Of a stretch of 32,000 nucleotides of DNA, positions 17,626 through 26,122 are shown in pieces; positions within the stretch are counted from its first letter, which is position 1; every line of letters begins with the position of its first letter. A model generated the notes under the pieces. That model did not search any database and was not told the DNA's origin. It saw only the letters and a list, made by a program, of their open reading frames with translations. The DNA is taken from positions 67,576 to 99,575 of the forward strand of contig JAZSEJ010000009.1 of NCBI GenBank assembly GCA_045531615.1, given 5' to 3'. Position numbers and translations under genes: made by a program. Source of the stretch: Ruminococcus sp. (lineage in GTDB: Bacteria > Bacillota > Clostridia > Oscillospirales > Ruminococcaceae).

Positions 17626-18226
17626 TTTTATCTTGCCTGCCTGTCTTTTTCTTTAAAGCCGGCGAAACCTCCGGCAACAGGTCTTTCCCCTGTGTAAGTT
17701 CTTTTTTCATTCTCTCAACCGCCGCATCAAGTCCGCCCTCCGACCGCATATCCTCAATCATTGCCTGTGCCAGCTGGTGTGCAATTACATTAACTTCTTT
17801 TCCATATTTCGTGCGGTCGAATACAGCATCCAGTACTGCTTCATCTGCACGAAGCTTTTCCAGTCGTTCCTTTACCCTTTCCGCTTCTTTTGTATCTCCC
17901 GTACTTGTAAGTTCCGCCTCTGCCTGAACAATCATATCGTAGTTGCTGTCACAGGCATCATTGACAGCATCGTCAATGGAATAACTTTTCCAGTCTGACA
18001 TCTTTCCTTCTGAACATAAATCACAGCATACAATTTCTTCTCCTCTGAAACCAATCTGCACCGCACGGGTTGCTGTATACGCAAGCAGCACTTCTGCTTC
18101 TTCTTTTGAAAGGTGCATTAACATGTCATTCTGATCCATAAATTCTACAAGCTGTGAAGCCTCTTTGAAAACAATGATTTCTCCTTCCACTTCTTCTTTC
18201 TTCTTTTCTGTCTGAATTTCTGCCAT
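17600..18226 (-). CDS. Hypothetical 208-aa acidic protein, first gene of the transfer operon.
   Basis: I chose the start at 18226 (MAEIQTEKK) because an AGGAGGAG SD lies 7 nt upstream. The track start at 18307 lies inside a hairpin and has no RBS. Confidence 0.5.
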   Translation of the reverse strand: MAEIQTEKKKEEVEGEIIVFKEASQLVEFMDQNDMLMHLSKEEAEVLLAYTATRAVQIGFRGEEIVCCDLCSEGKMSDWKSYSIDDAVNDACDSNYDMIVQAEAELTSTGDTKEAERVKERLEKLRADEAVLDAVFDRTKYGKEVNVIAHQLAQAMIEDMRSEGGLDAAVERMKKELTQGKDLLPEVSPALKKKTGRQDKNGRQYPLC

Positions 18227-18303
18227 TCCAAAACTCCTCCTTTTTAACTGTTTTCTTTCCTTTTCTCTCTTTTTTAATTTCTCAATGTGAATTTGCCAGA
18301 TAC

Positions 18304-18348
18304 GCATGAGAGCCGTCTCATGCCACTGGTTAGGGGATTTCCCCCTAA
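18304..18348. promoter_or_regulatory. Two adjacent hairpins in the leader of the transfer operon (candidate oriT inverted repeats).
   Basis: gcatgag (18304-18310) / ctcatgc (18317-18323), and ttagggg (18330-18336) / cccctaa (18342-18348). Both stems are 7 bp with loops of 5-6 nt. Confidence 0.4.
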
Positions 18349-18366
18349 AACCCCTTTTTTCATACT

Positions 18367-18549
18367 GTCAACTTACTTTTTCAGTTGACTTTTCCAAAAT
18401 ATGTCAACTTTTTCAGTTGACTTTTATTCTAGTCATCACTATTTTTTTCTAAAATCAAATTATTCAACTTATTTTTTCAGTTAATAATTTGAAATTAAGC
18501 TGACTTTTTCAGTTGATTTTCTAAAAGTGTGTTAATTTTTTCAGTTGAC
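18367..18549. repeat. Array of five imperfect palindromic units, GTCAAC-(TTAC)TTTTTCA-GTTGAC.
   Basis: Units at 18367-18389, 18403-18421, 18463-18485, 18499-18517 and 18531-18549. The core tttttcagtt is identical in all five. Spacing between units is irregular. Confidence 0.8.
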
Positions 18550-18551
18550 TC

Positions 18552-19520
18552 CTACCGTATCCTTTCTCTAGTCCGTATCTTCTGAAAATCTTCTTTTCTC
18601 AGTTCCTGCAGCCACATATTGTAATCCTTATAAGCTGTCGGCGGCGGACAATCCTCCACCTCATAGCCAAGTTCATAATATTTTTTCATAAGTGCTTCTG
18701 CTGCTTTTCTGCCCGGACTGTCATTATCAAGACAGAATTTTATCTTCCCAATCTGAAGGTGTTCTTTCAAAAAAAGAACAAGCGGTGCATCGGAAAGCAT
18801 TCCTAATGCCAGCTTGTTCGTTTCAAAATCATGGTACATGTCCGCATAACTCATAAGGTCTATCGCACCCTCAAAAACAGCTATTTCACTGCTTCCCATA
18901 TCCCATACATTAAATCCGTAATTCTTGTCATTTCCGGCAACGTCACATTTAAAACAATTTCCATTCCGGTCGAATACGCCCCTCATGCTTGCAAACCTTG
19001 TAACACCGCTTTTATCATTTCCTTTAAAGACAATGTTATGGTAACGGCTTTCTTCATAAATCAGTCCTGCCCCTACAAACCAGTCAACCGCTTCTTTTGA
19101 CAGATGCCGTTCCTCCATAAGATAATGGTACAGATAACGGTTATCCGGTGCTGCTTTCGGAAGAAGAAACGGCTTCCGTTCTGTTTCCTTTTTTGTCACG
19201 ATTACTTCCTTTGTTTTCCAGTCTCCCGTTCTGTGATACCCTGCAAAATCAAGCAGCCAGAATACCGCCTCTTTTACGTCCATACCCGCAAATACCCTTA
19301 AAAAATCTATCTGCGAGCCTCCGTTTTCTCCTTTTTTGTATTCCTGCGACCAGCGGAACCAGCTTCTCCTGTCATAAATGCGTATGGAATCCATTTCCTT
19401 TAAAGTATGGTAATTTCCTATCTTTCTTACCGTATAACCAAGATTTTCCGCAACCACAGTTAAATCAACACTCTTTGCAATAGCAAGTTCCTCATTTGTA
19501 AAACTGTTCCTTTCTTCCAT
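18552..19520 (-). CDS. Toprim-domain primase-like protein (recalled as the DUF3991 + Toprim type).
   Basis: Toprim signatures: VFEGAIDLMS (conserved Glu) and FCLDNDSPGRKA (DxD). The N-terminal ..SVDLTVVAENLGYTV.. resembles a primase helix bundle. Confidence 0.7.
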   Translation of the reverse strand: MEERNSFTNEELAIAKSVDLTVVAENLGYTVRKIGNYHTLKEMDSIRIYDRRSWFRWSQEYKKGENGGSQIDFLRVFAGMDVKEAVFWLLDFAGYHRTGDWKTKEVIVTKKETERKPFLLPKAAPDNRYLYHYLMEERHLSKEAVDWFVGAGLIYEESRYHNIVFKGNDKSGVTRFASMRGVFDRNGNCFKCDVAGNDKNYGFNVWDMGSSEIAVFEGAIDLMSYADMYHDFETNKLALGMLSDAPLVLFLKEHLQIGKIKFCLDNDSPGRKAAEALMKKYYELGYEVEDCPPPTAYKDYNMWLQELRKEDFQKIRTRERIR

Positions 19521-19546
19521 CTCGCCAACTGCCTCTTTCCTTAACT

Positions 19547-20548
19547 TTATCTAATTGCTTTTTTCTCGCAAACCGGATTTATAAACGCCACGATTCCATC
19601 TAATCTTTTATTCGGTGTATCCGTTGCAAGCTTCAGTTTCCTTAAATCCTTGTCATAATGGTAGACCTGATTGGAAAGTCTCTCATTCAAATCTACTTCC
19701 CCCATGTTAATATCCGTAACCATTTCAGCCAGTTCATAAGGATTACGGTTATCAGCAGATACGGCAATGGCTTCATGAATCGATGAGGGCATAATATACA
19801 AATCCGAATCCAGTTTTTCTGAAAGCTCATGCAGCCCTTCCTCATAAAGCATGGAAACTGCACCATTAATTCCACAGTCATTTGTAATCACATACATTTC
19901 CTCATTTTCAGCCATTACCCCAACATACAACTCTGCTAATTCTTCCGGCATTCCCTCTCTCACAAACATCTCTTTCATTACCTGACTCATGCCTTTTATC
20001 ACAGGCGGAAACATTCGCTCTGTATTCTGCACCGCTGCATTATATAAATCCTGTTCATTAAATCCTATCTTATCTGCATATTCATTCCTTACAAGTGCTG
20101 ACTGAATACCATTTTCATCTTTTCCAACTACAACACGATACACAATGGATAAATCCTGAAACTCCCTGTGCGGAATATTTTCCAACAGTTTCTTATTCTG
20201 TTCTGTATTGATAAGTGTCATTACAATTTTATCTTTCACATTATTTAAAACCTGTTCTGCTATGTTACAAGGTGCTTTCTGATATTCCACAACATAGTTA
20301 AATGCTGCAATCGCCAGTGCGTCTTTTAAATTTCCACGCTGTCTGTAATCTTCATAGATAGCCCTCACCGAAAGTGACGGTATGGCACGATCTCCGTTTC
20401 CCTCCGCCGGAATCACTTCCAACTTGTCAACCGTTTCATTTACTTTCATTACCGGATACACCTTGACTATATGGTTTACGAAAGCATCCGGCATATAGCT
20501 TAAAAACTGCTCTTTTACGACTTCCTTAAAAACGTCATATTCCATCAT
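19547..20548 (-). CDS. DUF5688-like protein.
   Basis: 333 aa. ..LYIMPSSIHEAIAV.. and ..LSNQVYHYDKD.. match recalled DUF5688 members from Clostridia mobile elements. Confidence 0.5.
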   Translation of the reverse strand: MMEYDVFKEVVKEQFLSYMPDAFVNHIVKVYPVMKVNETVDKLEVIPAEGNGDRAIPSLSVRAIYEDYRQRGNLKDALAIAAFNYVVEYQKAPCNIAEQVLNNVKDKIVMTLINTEQNKKLLENIPHREFQDLSIVYRVVVGKDENGIQSALVRNEYADKIGFNEQDLYNAAVQNTERMFPPVIKGMSQVMKEMFVREGMPEELAELYVGVMAENEEMYVITNDCGINGAVSMLYEEGLHELSEKLDSDLYIMPSSIHEAIAVSADNRNPYELAEMVTDINMGEVDLNERLSNQVYHYDKDLRKLKLATDTPNKRLDGIVAFINPVCEKKAIR

Positions 20549-20573
20549 AAATAACTGTCCCCTCCTTTTTCAT

Positions 20574-20599
20574 CAAAAAAACCGGAGACTTCTCTCCGG
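20574..20599 (-). terminator. Rho-independent terminator ending the parM operon.
   Basis: On the minus strand: CCGGAGA-GAAG-TCTCCGG followed by TTTTTTT. Confidence 0.75.
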
Positions 20600-20686
20600 C
20601 TTGCTACACTTTTAATATAATTCTGACTGAAGCTATGGCGGAACTCCCCGCTTAATAATCTTCAATACCTTCACCTGCCTTTTCTC

Positions 20687-20860
20687 TTAAATAACTACAC
20701 CCACTAAAATCAGTACCATTCTTACTATAAGACCAAACAGCAGAAGCAATAATTTTATGCCACAAAAGAACAGTTTCAATATCGCCAATGCCGCATAAAG
20801 CATTCCTTTTAATATTGCAAGAATTACCACTCCTGTTTTTCTTAAAATTATTCCTGCCAT
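20687..20860 (-). CDS. 57-aa two-helix membrane protein.
   Basis: MAGIILRKTGVVILAILKGMLYAALAILKLFFCGIKLLLLLFGLIVRMVLILVGVVI. I chose the start at 20860 because a GGGAGGA SD lies 7 nt upstream. Confidence 0.5.
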   Translation of the reverse strand: MAGIILRKTGVVILAILKGMLYAALAILKLFFCGIKLLLLLFGLIVRMVLILVGVVI

Positions 20861-20876
20861 CTGTTTTCCTCCCATT

Positions 20877-21308
20877 CTATCCCCATGAAGATGCAAGTCC
20901 TATCATCATTTCATCGGTATCTTCCGTTTCCATTGTACTTTTCTGTATTTCCGGTTTCGTTTCTGTTTTTACTTCCGGAAGCTGAATTGTTTTTCCCGCT
21001 GCAAGAGCTGAACCTAATATAATAATCATTTCCTTTTGCAGCTCGTCTTTCAGTTCCATACACACCTTATCCAATTCTTCTCTTTTTACATACGGCGGTA
21101 TCTGTGGCAATGTTTCTTCTTCATTTATCAGCACATTTCCCTCTAACGCTTTTATATATGAATCTGCCGCATCAATCAAAAACTGGTTTACCGATTTATG
21201 TATGTTTGTATTCAGATTCATTAAAACCATATGTATCCTGCGGTGCTGTTCATTGTCAAGATTCATGCGTATGTTATGATACACAATATTTTCTTTGTTT
21301 CTTGCCAA
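20877..21308 (-). CDS. 143-aa protein, a possible ParR-like adaptor by position.
   Basis: It lies immediately downstream of parM. The N-terminal ..IRMNLDNEQHRRIHMVLMNL.. could form a ribbon-helix-helix. This rests on position and weak pattern only. Confidence 0.35.
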   Translation of the reverse strand: MARNKENIVYHNIRMNLDNEQHRRIHMVLMNLNTNIHKSVNQFLIDAADSYIKALEGNVLINEEETLPQIPPYVKREELDKVCMELKDELQKEMIIILGSALAAGKTIQLPEVKTETKPEIQKSTMETEDTDEMMIGLASSWG

Positions 21309-21313
21309 TTACC

Positions 21314-22246
21314 TCACCCCAATCCAAACTCTTTTTTATGTGTAGACAGATAAATTTTCCCAAGATATTCATAGCCTTTCGCATTTGCTTTGACATCTTC
21401 GATATACTGAATATTCTTTCCGCTATACTCACCAAACCGTTTTACAACTGATGCACCGCCTCCCACAAATACAATATCCGTTACTTCAAGGTTATATCCA
21501 TGCTCCAGCAGAATGTTATATACTTTTTCCACATAAGCTTTCAGACATTCCTTTACAATATCCGAATATTTCTGCGGCAGCTTATCATTCTTTCCTGTCC
21601 GCATCACTTCCTGTATATCTTCCTCTGAAAGTTCCTTACCGTATAGTCTGATACACTCCTCATTAATAGTTCTCATGCACTTAATCAAGCCTTCCCTGAT
21701 TGTGATACATTCCGCTTTATTTGGTGCATAATCTTCAATCGGCATGATGTCAATTGTCCAGCTTCCAATATCCACTACCACGACTCTTTTCGGAAGCATT
21801 TTCATTCTGTCTGCTACTGCTGCATAACACTGAGGAAATACCGACACCCTTGCAATTCTGATATGATATGGTTTCTTATCAAACTTAAATGCTACTTCTT
21901 TCTCTTTTGACAGATATTCAATAAATTCCTTTTTCTCTGCTCCAAAACGTGTAAGCGGAAGTCCGACTGATAAAAGAATATCTGCATTTCTCATTCCCCT
22001 TCGATTCAGTTCTTTTGCAACTGCTGCCAGTGTAAGAAGATAGAAATTATCATTCTCCACTTTTAATTCCCTTACCTCCAGTCTTTTTCCACCAACCTTA
22101 TAATAAGAACCATTGTACTCCACTATATTCTGGAAAAATGCCGGTTCCGTTGTAATCTCTTTTACTCCTGTTGTAAATACCTGACTCACTGTTTTCATTC
22201 CGGACCAGCCGTGGTCTACGCCAACCACTTCAATATGCTTACCCAT
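21314..22246 (-). CDS. parM: ParM/StbA-family actin-like segregation ATPase.
   Basis: Actin-fold motifs VGVDHGWSGMK (phosphate 1), VVVDIGSWTIDI (phosphate 2) and VFVGGGASVV (adenosine). I chose the start at 22246 (MGKHIEV), which has a GGAGG SD upstream. Confidence 0.75.
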   Translation of the reverse strand: MGKHIEVVGVDHGWSGMKTVSQVFTTGVKEITTEPAFFQNIVEYNGSYYKVGGKRLEVRELKVENDNFYLLTLAAVAKELNRRGMRNADILLSVGLPLTRFGAEKKEFIEYLSKEKEVAFKFDKKPYHIRIARVSVFPQCYAAVADRMKMLPKRVVVVDIGSWTIDIMPIEDYAPNKAECITIREGLIKCMRTINEECIRLYGKELSEEDIQEVMRTGKNDKLPQKYSDIVKECLKAYVEKVYNILLEHGYNLEVTDIVFVGGGASVVKRFGEYSGKNIQYIEDVKANAKGYEYLGKIYLSTHKKEFGLG

Positions 22247-22250
22247 CTTC

Positions 22251-22598
22251 CTATTCCTCCCTGTTAGATTTTGTATGATGCTGCTTTTCCGTTTTTTCAA
22301 GCACTTTTTTCATGCATGGGAAACAATACCCTTCTTTCTGCTGATACGGACAGCCATAACACATCTTGTCTTTTTTCTTTTCTGATACAGACTGCAAATC
22401 TTCTTTTACACATTTCTTTGCAACACACTGTTTCGTGCTTCCATAAAAGAATCTGCACTGCATACAGCTTTTTAAATCTCTTACAAACTTTGTATGTGCC
22501 TGAATGACACCTTTCGGCTTTTGAACACTTTTCACTCTTATGTGAATTTGTGTAACCGGTTTCTTATTATCAGACCAAATCAACTCCTGCTTTATCAT
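22251..22598 (-). CDS. Cys-rich 115-aa protein (possibly Cys-rich VLP-type), first gene of the parM operon.
   Basis: Cys pairs CMQC..C..C and CYGCPYQQKEGYCFPC. An AGGAGG SD lies about 10 nt upstream of ATG 22598. Confidence 0.5.
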   Translation of the reverse strand: MIKQELIWSDNKKPVTQIHIRVKSVQKPKGVIQAHTKFVRDLKSCMQCRFFYGSTKQCVAKKCVKEDLQSVSEKKKDKMCYGCPYQQKEGYCFPCMKKVLEKTEKQHHTKSNREE

Positions 22599-22633
22599 GC
22601 GATTCTACTCCTCCTTTTCCGGGCAAAAAAAGC

Positions 22634-22867
22634 AGGACTAAAAAGCAATCCAAAGAATAGCAATCTGCTACTATCAAATCTTTGATCAAAAGCTAATTTA
22701 GTCCTACTAAATTTACATTATTAAATTGTTCAAGGATAAAATTTTTCCTTGATATGGTCAAACACTCCTCGTGTTATATTAGTGCAAGTGTTCTTTTTTG
22801 AAGATAAAAATGAGCTCATCCTTACTCAAAATGACCATTACTTTGACATTTTTTCGTAGGACTAAAT
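22634..22867. repeat. ACTAAAT/ATTTAGT motif set upstream of the parM operon.
   Basis: AGGACTAAAAA at 22634-22644. A perfect palindrome AATTTAGT-CCT-ACTAAATT at 22695-22713. TAGGACTAAAT at 22857-22867, which is the exact reverse complement of 22696-22706. Confidence 0.7.
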
Positions 22868-22899
22868 CAGCGGAATCCCTTGATTTTACTGGGTTCTTG

Positions 22900-23466
22900 C
22901 TAACTTGACATTATTATAACTCGTTCCCCACACGCCACTCCTGCTAAAAACGTACCATGTCCATTAGTATCTCTAGAAGGCACAATCTCATAAGGATTTT
23001 CTGCTGTAAGTGCCCGGTTAATGTCCTCCCCGGAATAGTTTGCACCATAAAAAATGCCCGGCGGCGGTGTTCCGTCTTCAATCGTCTGATCCCACAAAAA
23101 AACAATCCTACTGTTGCCATCCGAATACCGGAAAATTGGATTGGTATAGTCGATTCCCGTATCTATAAATCCTATTAATACTCCGCTCCCTGTCAATTGC
23201 AGAGCAGGCTGATTCTGCATCCGTAAAATTCCACTCACTTCTAACGCAGTCTGATCTAGGAGTCCAAAACATTTGGGAATACTAGAATAAGTATAGTCTC
23301 CGATACTTAAAGGCGGCAGCCCCGCCCGTGGATAATACAAAACATCATAATCTTCATCAACTCTTTGAATACATGTCCCCGGCGGTGACACAGAATATGC
23401 CTCGCCATACGGAATGACAAAATCGAAATAATCATTGGAATATACCTGTTCTTTACATGTAGGCAT
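22900..23466 (-). pseudogene. 3'-truncated S8 (subtilisin-like) serine peptidase gene.
   Basis: Catalytic Asp motif GFIDTGID and His motif HGTFLAGVA are present. The ORF stops 10 codons after HGTFLAGVA (..GVACGERVIIMSS*), and the catalytic Ser (GTS) region is missing. Confidence 0.7.
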
Positions 23467-23473
23467 AAAAATA

Positions 23474-23520
23474 CCCCATCATTTATTTCTATTAATAAAT
23501 GATGAGGTTTCTTTTTTGTT
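23474..23520. terminator. Hairpin terminator after the ttcA-like gene, with T-runs on both strands.
   Basis: 10-bp stem catcatttat (23477-23486) / ataaatgatg (23495-23504) with an 8-nt loop. Confidence 0.55.
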
Positions 23521-23550
23521 ACTAATCATTTTACTACCTAATTTATAATG

Positions 23551-24411
23551 TTATTCTGCATCATACGCATCCAAAAAATGATGTCTGACTCCGTCTTTCT
23601 TATATGCAATAACCGTATTCACATTTACATTTTCCACACTTCGGAAAATATTCATCTCAATATACGGACTGCGTTTCCGAAGTTCCTTTATTAATTCTTT
23701 TACTTCTGCCCGCTTTGATACCTGTCCCACATCATCATAAGAATCTCTTTTTTCAGTGAAACGGCAGGCACAACGAATAAATTCCAGTTCATTATCTTCG
23801 CACCAACGGATAATGTCCTCTTCTCTAATCAGATACATCGGACGGATTAACTCCATCCCCTCAAAATTAGTGCTGTGAAGCTTCGGCATCATGGTCTGAA
23901 TCTGGGCACCATACATCATGCCCATAACAATCGTCTCAATGACATCATCAAAATGATGTCCCAATGCGATTTTATTACATCCTAATTCCTGTGCTTTGCT
24001 ATAAAGGTAACCTCGCCGCATTCTCGCACACAGGTAACATGGCGAATCATCTTCATCTGCCACCACATCAAAAATCTCTGATTCAAATACCGTAATTGGT
24101 ATCTCAAGCAATTTAGCGTTTTTCAGAATCTGGTCATAATTCACCTGATTATAGCCCGGATTCATCACCAGATATTCTACCTCAAAATCAATCTTGCCAT
24201 GACGTTTTAACTCCTGAAAAAGCTTTGCCATGAGCATGGAGTCTTTGCCGCCGGAAATACAGACTGCTATCTTATCACCATCTGAAATCAGCTCATATTC
24301 ATTTATTGCCTTCGTAAATCTACGCCAAATATCTTTATGAAATCTTTTACGAAGGCTTCGCTCTACTTGTTTATTTTTATCTTCTTTTTCCTGTTTCAAT
24401 TCTTCCGGCAT
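23551..24411 (-). CDS. ttcA: PP-loop ATPase, tRNA 2-thiocytidine synthetase TtcA-like.
   Basis: PP-loop SGGKDS. Cys motifs SPCYLCARMRR and IRCACRF. 286 aa. Confidence 0.7.
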   Translation of the reverse strand: MPEELKQEKEDKNKQVERSLRKRFHKDIWRRFTKAINEYELISDGDKIAVCISGGKDSMLMAKLFQELKRHGKIDFEVEYLVMNPGYNQVNYDQILKNAKLLEIPITVFESEIFDVVADEDDSPCYLCARMRRGYLYSKAQELGCNKIALGHHFDDVIETIVMGMMYGAQIQTMMPKLHSTNFEGMELIRPMYLIREEDIIRWCEDNELEFIRCACRFTEKRDSYDDVGQVSKRAEVKELIKELRKRSPYIEMNIFRSVENVNVNTVIAYKKDGVRHHFLDAYDAE

Positions 24412-24473
24412 TTTCTTACCGCCTTCTTCACTCTTTCCAAAATACTACTCTCACACACCATCTCAATATCCGC

Positions 24474-25166
24474 TTACTGTTGCACAAACTGTGATGTTAA
24501 ATCCTTAATGACTTCTCCCGCTATGATAAGTCCTGCCACAGACGGAACAAAAGCAATCGATGCCGGAGTCTCCCGCCTCACTACAGGTTCTTCTTTCGAA
24601 TATACTACTTTTAAACGCTTCACATCACGCTTTTTTAATTCACGTCGCATCACTCTGGCTAATGGGCAGACTGATGTTTTATAAATATCAGCCACTTCAA
24701 AAGCTGTAGGGTCTAATTTATTCCCTGCTCCCATACTACTAATAATCGGTACACCTGCTTCTTCACATGCCATAACCAATTCAATTTTGGCAGTTACCGT
24801 ATCCACTGCATCCACTACATAGTCATATTGTGAAAAATCAAACTGTTTTCTCGTCTCTGGCAAAAAGAAACACTTATGTGCATTCACTACTGCCTTAGGG
24901 TTAATATCAAAAATTCGTTGTTTCAACACATCGACTTTATCCTGACCTATCGTGCTATGTAATGCAATAATCTGACGATTTAAATTCGACTCACACACAG
25001 TATCCTTATCTATGATATCAAGCGTTCCCACGCCACTTCGTGCCAGTGCCTCAACTGTAAAACCACCTACACCGCCTACGCCAAACACAGCCACACGGCA
25101 GTTATGCAGATGTTTTACTGCTTCCTCTCCAAGTAATCCTTCTGTTCTGGAAAACTGTTCTTCCAT
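24474..25166 (-). CDS. tcdA: ThiF/HesA-family protein, tRNA threonylcarbamoyladenosine dehydratase TcdA-like.
   Basis: FSRTEGLLGEEAVKHLHNCRVAVFGVGGVGG (Rossmann GxGxxG). The 230-aa size and N-terminus are typical of TcdA/CsdL. Confidence 0.7.
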   Translation of the reverse strand: MEEQFSRTEGLLGEEAVKHLHNCRVAVFGVGGVGGFTVEALARSGVGTLDIIDKDTVCESNLNRQIIALHSTIGQDKVDVLKQRIFDINPKAVVNAHKCFFLPETRKQFDFSQYDYVVDAVDTVTAKIELVMACEEAGVPIISSMGAGNKLDPTAFEVADIYKTSVCPLARVMRRELKKRDVKRLKVVYSKEEPVVRRETPASIAFVPSVAGLIIAGEVIKDLTSQFVQQ

Positions 25167-25194
25167 GTAAATCTCCTATACTACCAATCACCTC

Positions 25195-25234
25195 ACAGTT
25201 CAGCCCCATCTATTCGCAAAGGCGTCTGAACTGT
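25195..25234. repeat. 9-bp inverted repeat (acagttcag / ctgaactgt) between metF and tcdA.
   Basis: Arms at 25195-25203 and 25226-25234 with a 22-nt loop. The right arm abuts the metF stop codon, overlapping it by 1 nt. The arms share sequence with the repeat at 5361-5456. Confidence 0.65.
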
Positions 25235-26094
25235 TATACTAAGTTTTTAATTCCTTCACAAATGCGACGCGCCACTACCGGATTATTCATTGTATACAAA
25301 TGCAATCCATCCACATCATTTGCCAGTAGATCAATAATCTGGCTTAATGCATATGCCATACCGGCATCGAAAAGTGCCTGTTTATTATCACCATATCGTT
25401 TGATAATTTTTTCGAAACGCTCCGGTAAGGAAGCACCGCACAATGTTACCATACGCTGAATTTGCGCACCATTAATTACAGGCATAATACCCGGTGTAAT
25501 CGGCACATCAATTCCTGCAATGCGGCTATCCTCTACAAAACGGTAAAACATATTATTATCAAAGAAAAGCTGCGATAACAACACTTCTGCTCCCGCATCT
25601 ACTTTTGTTCGTAAATGACGCATCTCCTCTACCCTGTTAGCAGAATCCGGATGACATTCCGGATAACACGCACCTGCAATACAAAAATCATGGTATTCTT
25701 TTAAATACTGAATCAAATCTGATGCATGCGCAAAATCATGCTTCTCCGGAATATTCGGATTTCTATCACCGCGCAGTGCAAGAATATTCTCAATTCCTTC
25801 TGCTTTTAACACCTTTGAAAATTCATCAATTTCTTTTTTATCGTAACACAGACAGGTTAAATGCACTACTGGTTCTATTTGGTAGTTTTCTTTAATCTGC
25901 TTCGCAATCGCAATCGTTTTATTATTATTCGAACTTCCACCTGCACCAAATGTCACACTGATATAATCCGGCTTCAAATCTGCCAAAATCTCAAGTGTCG
26001 CATCAATACTTTTCAGTTCCTCATCCTTCTTTGGCGGAAAAATCTCAAACGACAATACATTTTTCTTATTTTGATAAATCTCTGTAATTTTCAT
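25234..26094 (-). CDS. metF: Methylenetetrahydrofolate reductase.
   Basis: 286 aa. LSFEIFPPKK.., ISVTFGAGGS and HLTC motifs are typical of MetF. Confidence 0.85.
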   Translation of the reverse strand: MKITEIYQNKKNVLSFEIFPPKKDEELKSIDATLEILADLKPDYISVTFGAGGSSNNNKTIAIAKQIKENYQIEPVVHLTCLCYDKKEIDEFSKVLKAEGIENILALRGDRNPNIPEKHDFAHASDLIQYLKEYHDFCIAGACYPECHPDSANRVEEMRHLRTKVDAGAEVLLSQLFFDNNMFYRFVEDSRIAGIDVPITPGIMPVINGAQIQRMVTLCGASLPERFEKIIKRYGDNKQALFDAGMAYALSQIIDLLANDVDGLHLYTMNNPVVARRICEGIKNLV

Positions 26095-26122
26095 AGCTTA
26101 TCCCTCTCGTAACTTTTGCTAC

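Larger units (their letters stand above)
1..22905. mobile_element. Partial integrative conjugative element (Firmicutes type-IV-secretion ICE). It extends beyond the window start; the right end is inferred near 22903-22926.
   Basis: Contiguous minus-strand set of conjugation genes (VirB4, VirD4, relaxase, MobC, PrgI/TcpE-like, Maff2-like, PcfB-like). It ends next to a 3'-truncated S8 peptidase gene. No recombinase is seen in the window. Confidence 0.75.

Noticed and set aside
18367-18549. Whether the repeat array could be a CRISPR array.
   Set aside because: The units are only ~19-23 bp, internally palindromic and A+T-rich. Spacing is irregular at 13-41 bp. No cas genes are present. Protein-binding sites fit better.
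22810-22905. 31-aa plus-strand ORF (MSSSLLKMTITLTFFRRTKSAESLDFTGFLL) in the element-end spacer.
   Set aside because: It has no Shine-Dalgarno and no promoter-like signals. It overlaps the repeat motif and the predicted junction.
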